Shown: in pieces, positions 41,460 through 49,870 of the stretch | Position numbering within the stretch: position 1 is the first letter of the stretch | Layout of the letters: each line of letters opens with the position of its first letter | Notes under the pieces: model-generated | The model's input: the letters and a program-made list of their open reading frames with translations, nothing else | Told to the model about the DNA's origin: nothing | The model's database searches: none | Assembly (NCBI GenBank): GCA_963822445.1 | Contig: CAWGHO010000003.1 | Coordinates: 1,696,001-1,760,000 of the forward strand | Length of the DNA: 64,000 nt | From: an uncultured Acidobacteriota bacterium | Lineage (GTDB): Bacteria > Acidobacteriota > Thermoanaerobaculia > Gp7-AA8 | Direction: 5' to 3' | Translations under genes and position numbers: made by a program

Positions 41460-44264
41460 CTACGCCGCCTGCGCGGCCGCCGGAATCTGCACCCGATCCA
41501 GATCCGCGAGCAGCGCACCTGCATCGGCGTAGCGCGTTTTCGGGTCTTTGGTCAGGCACTTCATCACGATGCCGTTGACCTCGCGGCCGATGTCGGGGCG
41601 CGCGTCGATCGGTGGCTTCGCCGCTTCGGTGATGTGCGCGGTCAGGACGCCGGTGAGCGATGACGACTCGAACGGGCGGCGGCCGACGAGCATCTCGTAG
41701 ATCAGCACGCCCATCGAATAAACGTCGCTGCGGGGATCGAGCTGTTTGCCCTGCACCTGCTCGGGGCTCATGTAGTGCGGCGTTCCGATGATCAGCCCTG
41801 CCTGGGTCATGGCCTCGGGCGTCTCGGCCATGCGCGCGATCCCGAAATCCATCAGCTTCACTTCGCCCTTCGCGTCGATGAGCACGTTGCCCGGCTTGAT
41901 GTCGCGGTGGATGATCCCCTGCTCGTGCGCGGCGTGCAGTCCGCGGCAGATCTGACGGGAGATGCCCACCGCGGCGCGCGCAGGCATCTGCCGGTTCGGC
42001 GCTTCCTCGAGCAGCTCGCTGAGCGTGTAGCCGCGCACGAACTCCATGCTGATGAAGTACACGCCCTCGGCCTGTCCGTAGTCGTACGTGCGCAGGACGT
42101 TGCGGTGGGTGATCTTGCGCGCCAGACGGATCTCGCGCTTGAAACGCTCCAGATCTTCCGGCGACCTGGTCATCACGTCGCCGGGCAGGGTCTTGATGGC
42201 CACGGTCTCGTCGAGCTGCGAGTCGACGGCTTTGTAGACGACGCCCATGCCGCCGCGGCCGAGGATCTGCTCGATCTTGTAGCGCTCGGCGAAGAGGTGT
42301 CCGAGCGGCAGATCGGCATACGGAGCTTGCGGAGCGGTGACACCGGCCGCGGTCGCGTCCATCTTCAGCGTCGCGCCCTCGGACATCGTTCCGCCCATCG
42401 AGCGCATCATCCCTGTCGTCACGCTGACCAGCGGCAGAGACGCAACCGGCAGCGGCTGCGCGAGCCACTTGAGGCGGACTTCCTCGCGCGTCGACGAGCT
42501 CAAAACCTCGCTGCCGGCCGACTGCGCGGTTTCGTAGGAAACGTAGGCGTACCCGTTCGGCGCGTGCCACGCGAAGAGCAGCGCAAGGAGCGGCGCATCG
42601 CCGATGATGGCCAGTCCCGACTCGTTCTCCAGCGACACGGATCCGGTCACGAACTCGCCGGTCGCGATCCCGATGCCAATCGACATCGGCGTGCTCGCAC
42701 CGAACTGCAGCGCGAGCTCCTCGTTGATCGCCCGCGCCGCGCGGATGGCGTGAATGATTCCGCGGTCGCCGCGGAAAACCGAAACGAGCCGATGTCCGTC
42801 CAGCTCGCGCACCGAGCCGTCCTGGCGAATGACTTCCGCCTGCTGGATGCGCATGGCCCGCTCGACGGTGGCGATCACAGTCTCGGCGTCGCTCTCACCG
42901 ACAGAGGAGAGGCCACGGAGGTCGGTCACCAGGATCGTCCCCTCATCCCGCTTCGCCGCTTCGGGAGGTTTCGCCGCCGGAACATCCTCGGCCTTCTCGG
43001 CCATGTCGGCGTAGAGCTGCTCGAGCTCGGCCTTGTCGCGGAGCGAATTCATCATCTTTCCGAACGAGCGGCCGAGGATTCCGACTTCGTCGTTGCGGTC
43101 GCTGGGAGGATCGACGGAGTAGTCGCCCGCGGTCACGGCCTGGGCGATCCCCGCGAGCTGCTCGATCGGCCGGGTCACGCGCTTGGCGATCAGCCACGAC
43201 AGCAGAAACGCCAGCAGCAACGCAACGCCGCCGCCGATGAGCATGGCGTTCTCGATCTCGCGGAATGGCGCGAGCTCGCGGTCGAGCGAGCGGAGGAAGA
43301 TCGCCGAACCGACGACGTCCCGTCCGGATACGAGCGGCTCGGTGGTGAAGATGTAGCGGCTCTGATCGACGGTCGTCTCGGACGTCTTCTCCTGCGGCAG
43401 GCTCTGAGGCGAAACGCTGGGCGCCTCGGCAGACCGGACGGTCATCGACTCCGCCCCCTTGGTCCCGAAGACCACGCCGGCATTCGTCGATTCGGCGATG
43501 CGGTTGGCGAAGGTCTCGTCGATGGCGAACGCGTTCACGAGATAGCCGATGCGCACGCCGCGCGGGCCGGCACCGATCGGAGCGACCGCGGCGTGGAAGA
43601 GCTTGTTGCCGAGGCGAAGAACGCCGGATGTGCGTGCGACCGAGGCGTCGTCGACGATCTGCTTGACCAGAGGAGTCTGGTTGTAAAGATCCTCCTTCGA
43701 CGCCGAGGCGACCATCGGGTCGTCCGTTCGGGCCACGAGGACGCCCTGGTCGTCGAGGAGCATCATCACGTCGACACCGAGACGGGTTCGCTGCTCGCCG
43801 AGGGTGTCGTTGATGCTTACGAGGTCGATGGCACGGGGGGCCGGTTCGGTTGGGACAGCCGCAGCCGGTTCGGGAGTCGCGGCCGGCGCCGCCGGATCAG
43901 CAGGCGCGGGCTCCGTGGCGGCCGCGGGCTCGCCCTCGATCGCGGCCTGAATGTAGGCCACGAAATTCGGATCGCTGCCCATGATCCCGGTGACGCTCTC
44001 CAGCCCCTTCAAGCGATCCGCCTCGAACTGCTTGAAGAGCTTGGCCGCGCTGGTGATCGACTTGTTGACCGAGGTCTGGGCGACCTGGTTCGCGCGCTGG
44101 ATGGTGATGGCGACGGCGACGGCGACGACGATCACGATGAGAACGGCGGTCAGCCCGAACAGCTTGAGGACCAGCGGGAACCGCGGCCGCTCCACCGCGT
44201 ACTCCTTCTTCTTCGGCAGCTCGCGGTCGGCGACGGTGACGGGATCCAGTGTTTGGTCAGTCAC
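41460..44264 (-). CDS. Membrane Ser/Thr kinase: TM, periplasmic domain, TM, HAMP, degenerate class III cyclase, kinase
   Basis: GRGGMG, VAIK, HRDIKPGN, DFG and GTPHYMSPE; HAMP motif RNDEVG-L; AAGGAG site before the GTG. Confidence 0.88.
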   Translation of the reverse strand: MTDQTLDPVTVADRELPKKKEYAVERPRFPLVLKLFGLTAVLIVIVVAVAVAITIQRANQVAQTSVNKSITSAAKLFKQFEADRLKGLESVTGIMGSDPNFVAYIQAAIEGEPAAATEPAPADPAAPAATPEPAAAVPTEPAPRAIDLVSINDTLGEQRTRLGVDVMMLLDDQGVLVARTDDPMVASASKEDLYNQTPLVKQIVDDASVARTSGVLRLGNKLFHAAVAPIGAGPRGVRIGYLVNAFAIDETFANRIAESTNAGVVFGTKGAESMTVRSAEAPSVSPQSLPQEKTSETTVDQSRYIFTTEPLVSGRDVVGSAIFLRSLDRELAPFREIENAMLIGGGVALLLAFLLSWLIAKRVTRPIEQLAGIAQAVTAGDYSVDPPSDRNDEVGILGRSFGKMMNSLRDKAELEQLYADMAEKAEDVPAAKPPEAAKRDEGTILVTDLRGLSSVGESDAETVIATVERAMRIQQAEVIRQDGSVRELDGHRLVSVFRGDRGIIHAIRAARAINEELALQFGASTPMSIGIGIATGEFVTGSVSLENESGLAIIGDAPLLALLFAWHAPNGYAYVSYETAQSAGSEVLSSSTREEVRLKWLAQPLPVASLPLVSVTTGMMRSMGGTMSEGATLKMDATAAGVTAPQAPYADLPLGHLFAERYKIEQILGRGGMGVVYKAVDSQLDETVAIKTLPGDVMTRSPEDLERFKREIRLARKITHRNVLRTYDYGQAEGVYFISMEFVRGYTLSELLEEAPNRQMPARAAVGISRQICRGLHAAHEQGIIHRDIKPGNVLIDAKGEVKLMDFGIARMAETPEAMTQAGLIIGTPHYMSPEQVQGKQLDPRSDVYSMGVLIYEMLVGRRPFESSSLTGVLTAHITEAAKPPIDARPDIGREVNGIVMKCLTKDPKTRYADAGALLADLDRVQIPAAAQAA

Positions 44265-44289
44265 GCGGGTTGGGCGCTCCTTGTTTTCA

Positions 44290-44384
44290 CGGTTGCGGGG
44301 TTTCGGGGTTGCGGGGTTTCGCGGTTGCTGGGAGCCCAGAACCCGGCCACCCCGAAACCTCGAAACTCCGCGACCCCGAAACGC
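44290..44384. repeat. Inverted octamer tandem-repeat hairpin (GGGTTKCG / CGAAACCC)
   Basis: Arms 44290-44328 and 44346-44384, 39 nt each. Confidence 0.85.
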
Positions 44385-44389
44385 ACCAC

Positions 44390-45055
44390 TCAGTAATCCC
44401 GGGCCGGTTTGTAGGTCTGCCCGAACTTGTTCTTGTGCTGCGACTGGCGGAAGTTGCGGCTGTCGATAGTGACCAGGGGGGCGTTGGGCAGGCCGTTGGG
44501 GCCGACCTCCAGGTCGCTCGTCACCGTCCCCCCCTGCTCGTTCCAGGCGGTCAGGCGGTATTTGCCCGGCGGGACGTCGAACGAGTACCTGCCGTTCGCG
44601 TCGGCGAAGCCGTAGTAAGGGGTCGACATCACGTGTACTACGGCGGACATGTTCGGATGGACGTTGCAGTAGATGCTGACCACGCCGGGGGTCTCGAACT
44701 TGTGAGGTTTGCCCGGTCCCTTGCGATAGAGACCGAGGTCGAAGGTGTTGCCGGGGGTGAGGGAAAAGAGGTTGTGGGCGATCGGGTCTTCGTTCGGGAA
44801 GTTGATCGTCGCCCCGGCCGGGACGGCCACGACGTGCGGCAGAAAGGTCTTGCTGCGCGTGGTCATGGTGAAGGTCGGCGCCGTGCGGCGGGAGGGTTTG
44901 CCGGCGACCGGATCGAGCCAGATCAGGGTCTCGTTCTTGACCGGATTCTGGCCGCGCTTGGTGAGAAACATGACTTGTCCGCTCACAACTGCAGCGCTGA
45001 GCTCGCCGGCGAAAAGAAGGACGCTGAGGCCGGCAGCGACGAGGAACCGTTTCAT
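44390..45055 (-). CDS. Secreted cupredoxin / carboxypeptidase-regulatory-like protein
   Basis: FPNED-IAHNLFS, YCNVHPNM and VPPGKYRL-AW motifs; signal peptide. Confidence 0.8.
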   Translation of the reverse strand: MKRFLVAAGLSVLLFAGELSAAVVSGQVMFLTKRGQNPVKNETLIWLDPVAGKPSRRTAPTFTMTTRSKTFLPHVVAVPAGATINFPNEDPIAHNLFSLTPGNTFDLGLYRKGPGKPHKFETPGVVSIYCNVHPNMSAVVHVMSTPYYGFADANGRYSFDVPPGKYRLTAWNEQGGTVTSDLEVGPNGLPNAPLVTIDSRNFRQSQHKNKFGQTYKPARDY

Positions 45056-45516
45056 AGGATTTTGCTCCGGGAGCCGGAAAGTGTAGCACAGGGATTTGTG
45101 CTTCGGGATGTGCCTCGGCATGGGGGTTGAAGTAGAAATGTCATGCGAATTTTTCATTGCGATTTTCGTGAAAAAACGTACTCTATTCGACATGCTCACA
45201 TGCGCACGGGGGAGGGCGAGCTGCAATAAAGCAGATCGGCCGCTGTTTCCCTAGCCATACGTTTTCAGTGCGGCAGACGGCCGCATGATCTTTTGAAAAG
45301 TCGACCAGTTCCCGCTCCTCCCCACCACCGCGGGGTGTGCGAGCGGTCGATCCGGTCCGCAACATCGGCAAGGTGGGTCATGGCACGTGACATGACGCCG
45401 TTGCGGGGCCGCCGGAAATTCATGGGGAGGAGGTACACGAATTCGCTATGGATTGTTCTAATAAACCTGAGGGGGCTACTTCGTAGCACTGCTACTCGGT
45501 AGCAACCCAACCCCGG

Positions 45517-45543
45517 AAGGGCGCCTGAAAGGGCGCCCTTTTT
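45517..45543. terminator. Intrinsic terminator (U-tract on the + strand)
   Basis: aagggcgcct-gaaa-gggcgccc followed by a T run. Confidence 0.8.
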
Positions 45544-45562
45544 GTGTTTCTGGGGAAAGGCG

Positions 45563-45826
45563 TCAGTCCATCCGCGGGATGGACACGCGGTTTTCGACGA
45601 CGGGAATCGCCGGCAGGTGCGGCGCCAGGATGGCGCGGAGCTGTTCGCGCAACGCCTCGACCGTGGTGAACTCGACGTCGAGCAGCGCGTGAAGCGCCTC
45701 GACCTCCCCCGCTTTCAGCCGCGGCCGCTTTTCCAGACAGGCGTTCGTACGGCACCGGTTGGTGCAGTACTTTCGCGTCCGTCGCGTTTTCGGAAAGGGC
45801 GAGCCGCAGTACGAGCAGGTGTCCAT
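45563..45826 (-). CDS. Small CxxC...CxxxC zinc-finger protein (CGNR-like finger)
   Basis: CSYCGSPF...RKYCTNRCRT, then a helical tail. Confidence 0.7.
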   Translation of the reverse strand: MDTCSYCGSPFPKTRRTRKYCTNRCRTNACLEKRPRLKAGEVEALHALLDVEFTTVEALREQLRAILAPHLPAIPVVENRVSIPRMD

Positions 45827-45828
45827 AT

Positions 45829-45900
45829 GCGTTGATCAACGCTCAGAAAGCGTTGATCAACACTGTAGCGACCTTTGTGCACGAGGTCAACACGTTGACC
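45829..45900 (-). promoter_or_regulatory. Promoter with tandem palindromic operators upstream of the zinc-finger gene
   Basis: TTGACC (45890-85)-17 nt-TACAGT (45867-62); GTTGATCAAC at 45831 and 45852; GGTCAAC-ac-GTTGACC at 45885. Confidence 0.75.
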
Positions 45901-45908
45901 TTCGCAAG

Positions 45909-45993
45909 TGCCCCGGGCCGGGGTCGAACCGGCACGCCGCTTTCGCGGCAGCGGATTTTAAGTCCGCAGCGTCTGCCATTCCGCCACCGGGGC
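45909..45993 (-). tRNA. tRNA-Leu (anticodon TAA)
   Basis: Acceptor GCCCCGG/CCGGGGC; anticodon arm gcgga-cTTAAaa-tccgc; long variable arm; GTTCGA T-loop; CCA not encoded. Confidence 0.95.
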
Positions 45994-46065
45994 TGGCGAA
46001 TGGTAACCGGCTCCGATCAGATATCATTCGCCCCCGAAATCGAAGTCCCTCCTGGAGGCCCCATC

Positions 46066-47244
46066 ATGACCGCAACCCTCGAGCTCAATCCCGGCGCACC
46101 GCTGACGGTGCTGTCGGAAGACGAACAGATGTTCCAGCAGAGCGTCCGCGACTTCGCCGTCGAGAAGATCCGCCCGCTCGTCCATCAGATGGACCACGAC
46201 GCCACCATGTCCAAGGAGCTCATCTCCGCCTTCTTCGAGCTGGGCATCATGGGCGTCGAAGTGCCCGATCAGTGGGGCGGCGCCGGCGCGTCGTTCTTCA
46301 CGGCGGTGCTCATCGTCGAAGAGCTTTCGCACGTCGACGCCTCCTGCGGAGTGCTCGTCGACGTCCAGAACACCCTGGTCAACAACGCCATCCTCCGCTG
46401 GGGCAATGACGATCAGAAGTCGAAGTACCTCACCATGCTCGCCGCGGACACCGTCGGCGCGTATGCGCTTTCCGAAGCGGGCTCCGGATCGGACGCCTTC
46501 GCCCTGGCCACCAAGGCCGCGGACAAGGGCGACCACTTCGTTCTCAACGGGCAGAAGCTCTGGATCACCAATGCTGCCGAGGCGGGTGTGTTCATCGTCT
46601 TCGCCAACGCGAATCCCGACGCCGGGTACAAAGGCATCACCGCCTTCCTCATCGAGCGCGACTTCCCCGGCTTCACCATCGGCAAGAAAGAGGACAAAAC
46701 CGGCATCCGGGCTTCGTCCACCTGCGAGTTGATCCTCGAGGACTGCCACGTCCCCAGAGAAAACGTCCTCGGCGAACCCGGCAAGGGTTACAAGATCGCC
46801 ATCGAGACCCTCAACGAAGGGCGGATCGGCATCGGCGCGCAGATGCTCGGCGTCGCCCGCGGCGCTCTCGAATATGCGATCGCGTACACGAAGGAGCGCA
46901 AGCAGTTCGGCCAGCGGATCTCCGAGTTCCAAGGCGTGCAGTTCCAGATCGCCCAGGCCGCGACCGAGCTCGAGGCCGCGCGGCTGATGGTCTACAACGC
47001 CGCCCGCCTCAAAGACGCCGGCAAGCCGTTCCTGCGCGAGGCCGCCATGGCCAAGCTCTTCTCCTCCCAGGTCGCCGAGAAGGTCACTTCTCTCGCCGTG
47101 CAGCTCTTCGGCGGCAACGGCTACACCAAGGAGTATCCGGTGGAGAAGTTCTGGCGCGACTCGAAAGTCGGCCAGATCTACGAGGGGACCAGCAACATGC
47201 AGCTGGCGACGATCGCGAAAACGATTCTCACCGACCGGCTGTAG
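46066..47244 (+). CDS. Short/branched-chain acyl-CoA dehydrogenase
   Basis: ALSEAGSGSD, LNGQKLWITN, RKQFG, GGNGY and IYEGTSN motifs. Confidence 0.95.
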   Translation: MTATLELNPGAPLTVLSEDEQMFQQSVRDFAVEKIRPLVHQMDHDATMSKELISAFFELGIMGVEVPDQWGGAGASFFTAVLIVEELSHVDASCGVLVDVQNTLVNNAILRWGNDDQKSKYLTMLAADTVGAYALSEAGSGSDAFALATKAADKGDHFVLNGQKLWITNAAEAGVFIVFANANPDAGYKGITAFLIERDFPGFTIGKKEDKTGIRASSTCELILEDCHVPRENVLGEPGKGYKIAIETLNEGRIGIGAQMLGVARGALEYAIAYTKERKQFGQRISEFQGVQFQIAQAATELEAARLMVYNAARLKDAGKPFLREAAMAKLFSSQVAEKVTSLAVQLFGGNGYTKEYPVEKFWRDSKVGQIYEGTSNMQLATIAKTILTDRL

Positions 47245-47247
47245 ATA

Positions 47248-47267
47248 CGGTGTGGTGCACCACACCG
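47248..47267. repeat. 20-bp perfect palindrome, apparently a collapsed REP doublet
   Basis: cggtgtggtgcaccacaccg equals the fused outer ends of the 62352-62424 element. Confidence 0.7.
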
Positions 47268-47420
47268 GTCCAATTTCCGACCCCCGCGTCAGACATTGAA
47301 CCCTCATTCAGTGTCTGTTTGGTACAGACGTGGACCCGTGCCTCGCGTAACTCGTTGAGAACACGTCGAGCGATCGGCGGCACCGGCGTTGAAGTAGCGG
47401 GCCTCCCCAGGAGGCAGCTC

Positions 47421-48239
47421 ATGCGCCGAACGGTTCTCTCTCTGATTCTGCTGGTTCTCGCGGTTGGGGCCGAGGCAAAGACCGGGGTCGTGTTCATCCA
47501 CGGAAAGGGCGGCACCAACCTCGCCACGCCGAGCGTTGCCCGCGCCTACTGGGGCGAGGACATGATCCGGGCCACGACCAAAGGCTTCACCATCCCCCAT
47601 CTCATCTGCTCGTACGACGGCACCCAGTACATGTGGGTCGCCGGCGGCCAGGTCGCCGGGCAGATCTACAACTGGATGAATGCGAACGCCATCGATGACA
47701 TCGTCATCGAGACGCATTCCTTCGGCGGCGTGGTCATCCGCTGGATCCTCTCCAATCCGACCTACGACTCGCGGTATCAGCCGATCATCAACCGCATCCG
47801 CTGGGTGAACTCGATCGCCCCTCCGAACAAGGGTTCCGAGGCGGCGAATCTCGCCGGAACGCTCTCGGGATCGTGGCTCACCGGCTGGATGGTCGACCTG
47901 GTCGGCCAGAACAACGACTCCACCCGCAACTGCACGACTTCCTCGATGACCTACTACAACACCTACTACCTCAAGGGCACGGCCGGACGTCCAACCCTGC
48001 CGAAGACGATCTACAACATCGCCGGCACCGGACTCTGGAACGACTTCATCCATCCCGAGGACACCGGGCTGGCGACGCTTTCGGGTGTGGCGGGGATGCC
48101 CGGCGAAGACGACGGGATGGTCTCGCAATACAGCGCCCAGGCCGTCGGCACGATCTGGTTCACCACCCTCGCCAATCACCATCACAACCGCCGCAACGAT
48201 TACCGGAAGATCGGTGACTCGCTGGCGACCGATTTCTAG
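47421..48239 (+). CDS. Secreted alpha/beta hydrolase (lipase-like)
   Basis: VVFIHG, THSFGG nucleophile elbow, P-KGSEAA, DDGMV, NHHH. Confidence 0.82.
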   Translation: MRRTVLSLILLVLAVGAEAKTGVVFIHGKGGTNLATPSVARAYWGEDMIRATTKGFTIPHLICSYDGTQYMWVAGGQVAGQIYNWMNANAIDDIVIETHSFGGVVIRWILSNPTYDSRYQPIINRIRWVNSIAPPNKGSEAANLAGTLSGSWLTGWMVDLVGQNNDSTRNCTTSSMTYYNTYYLKGTAGRPTLPKTIYNIAGTGLWNDFIHPEDTGLATLSGVAGMPGEDDGMVSQYSAQAVGTIWFTTLANHHHNRRNDYRKIGDSLATDF

Positions 48240-48248
48240 GAGGAGACG

Positions 48249-49361
48249 ATGAAAACGACCCTGCTTGCGATCCTCCTGATCACGCCCGCCGCCTTCGCCG
48301 CCGACCTCACCGGCCGCTTCGACCGCGGTACCGCTTACGAGCCGCCGGCCGCGCACGCGCCGGCGAATGTCTCGCGGATGTTCTCCAAGTCGTTCACCCG
48401 CACTGCGCGCACGACGACGGTCGAGCTGCCCGCCGCCGGAGGTTCCGGAATGATCGTCTGGACCATTGGTGCGCGCCCGGTCCGCTCCCGGCTGATCACG
48501 CCGCACGGCGCGACTCTCGAGCCGGGCGATCGCGGCTCGCTGGAGCGCGGCCTGCGCCGTTTCGACATCCCCGCGCCGGAAACGGCGGAGTTGGACCTGC
48601 CTCGCGGTGCACATGAAGTTGTGCACGTCCTGCGGACCTCGCCGGCGACGTACCGCCTCGAGCTCGACCTGCCGGCCGACGTCGCCGGAGTGACAGTCGT
48701 CGCGGCCGAGCCGGAAAGCCCGATCACGCTCTCCAGCTGGGCCTCGCCGCTTTCCCGCCAGCCCGGCGAGCCGGTCACGCTGCATGTCGCATTGCGCGAC
48801 GGCGCGGTTGCCATCCCCGGCGCTGTCGTGACCGCGCGCCTGGCTTCACCCAACGGGAAAGCCTTCGATTCGATCCCGCTCGTCGATCAAGGCGACGGGA
48901 CCTATCGCGCGACGATCGCCGATCTTCCCGCGGCCACCGCGGGCGCGTGGCAGGTTCGCTTCGAAGCGGAAGGCCTGACCGGGAACGGAATCGCCTTCGC
49001 CCGCACCGGCTCCGGTGAATTCGTTGCGGAGCGCGGAGCGGCCAGACTCGATCCCCGCTCGATCCGCGCCGAAGTCGCGGGCGACCTGGTGCGAATCACG
49101 GCGTCCGCAGATGTCCGCATCGCCGGCGCGTATCGCTTCGACGTGATCGTCGCCGGCCCGACTGTCGCCGACTCGGTTCGTCCGTCGCTTGCCTGGGCGG
49201 AAGGGATGCGCCAGCTTCAGCCCGGCCCAGCCACCCTCACCCTCGACATCCCCCTCGCCCACCTCGGCGAAACGAAGCTCGAAGACCTCTTCCTCGACGT
49301 CCGCCTCCTCGGCCTCGACCCGTTCGGCGTCGCCGGACAGGCTGCCGTCGAAGTGAACTAA
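48249..49361 (+). CDS. Secreted beta-sandwich protein, partner of the hydrolase
   Basis: Signal peptide; LVDQGDGTY motif; AGGAGG site 9 nt after the hydrolase stop. Confidence 0.7.
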   Translation: MKTTLLAILLITPAAFAADLTGRFDRGTAYEPPAAHAPANVSRMFSKSFTRTARTTTVELPAAGGSGMIVWTIGARPVRSRLITPHGATLEPGDRGSLERGLRRFDIPAPETAELDLPRGAHEVVHVLRTSPATYRLELDLPADVAGVTVVAAEPESPITLSSWASPLSRQPGEPVTLHVALRDGAVAIPGAVVTARLASPNGKAFDSIPLVDQGDGTYRATIADLPAATAGAWQVRFEAEGLTGNGIAFARTGSGEFVAERGAARLDPRSIRAEVAGDLVRITASADVRIAGAYRFDVIVAGPTVADSVRPSLAWAEGMRQLQPGPATLTLDIPLAHLGETKLEDLFLDVRLLGLDPFGVAGQAAVEVN

Positions 49362-49870
49362 GGCGTTTCGGAGTGCTGCGGCTCGGCCGCGGCACTCCGC
49401 TGTCGCGCCGCGAGCCGCTGGAGGAAATCGACGGCCAGCCCGCCGCTCGTGCGGCGGAGGGTCATCAAATAAACGGCGATGGCCACCACGCCGCCCAGCC
49501 AGGCCAGCGTTCCGAACTGCTTCTGGCCGGGATAGAACGGCCAGAGCATGAACAGCAGCGCGCCGATCACGCCGGCGATGAGCAGCAGCACCCGCTGAGC
49601 CTTCGGCGCATCGACATCGCGGTTGCAGTGCAGCGTGACCGTCGCCTCGGTGGCATCGTCAGGTGCCCACGAAACTGTGCACTCCACCGCACCGCCGCTG
49701 GCATTGCCGCGGCGAAGGGGCAGCTGGAACTCGCGCTCGCGATCGCGCTCCGCGGTGATTTCTCCGCCGTAGAGATCCACGAGCTCGCTGATGGTCGTCT
49801 CGATCCCGTCGAAGGGGATCCGATCCTCGCTCAACTCAACCAGCTTTTCTGAAGGCCGCGATTCCGTCAT
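49358..49870 (-). CDS. Membrane protein (2 TM)
   Basis: ATGA overlap with the M61 gene; two hydrophobic helices. Confidence 0.65.
   Translation of the reverse strand: MTESRPSEKLVELSEDRIPFDGIETTISELVDLYGGEITAERDREREFQLPLRRGNASGGAVECTVSWAPDDATEATVTLHCNRDVDAPKAQRVLLLIAGVIGALLFMLWPFYPGQKQFGTLAWLGGVVAIAVYLMTLRRTSGGLAVDFLQRLAARQRSAAAEPQHSETP
49369..49399. repeat. GGAGTGC-family REP-like hairpin within the 3' end of the membrane-protein gene
   Basis: cggagtgctgcggc-tcg-gccgcggcactccg. Confidence 0.6.

Noticed and set aside
44265-45089. 1209-aa kinase ORF as given in the track
   Set aside because: The N-terminal 275 aa are an off-frame read of the upstream gene and the octamer repeat; a good ribosome site precedes the GTG at 44264.
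45381-45396. Sigma54 promoter TGGCACG-N4-ATGA
   Set aside because: The conserved -12 GC is absent and the sequence is better explained as a palindrome; not fully excluded.
45563-45993. Intact island or prophage integrated at tRNA-Leu
   Set aside because: No integrase, phage genes or duplicated tRNA 3' end was seen.
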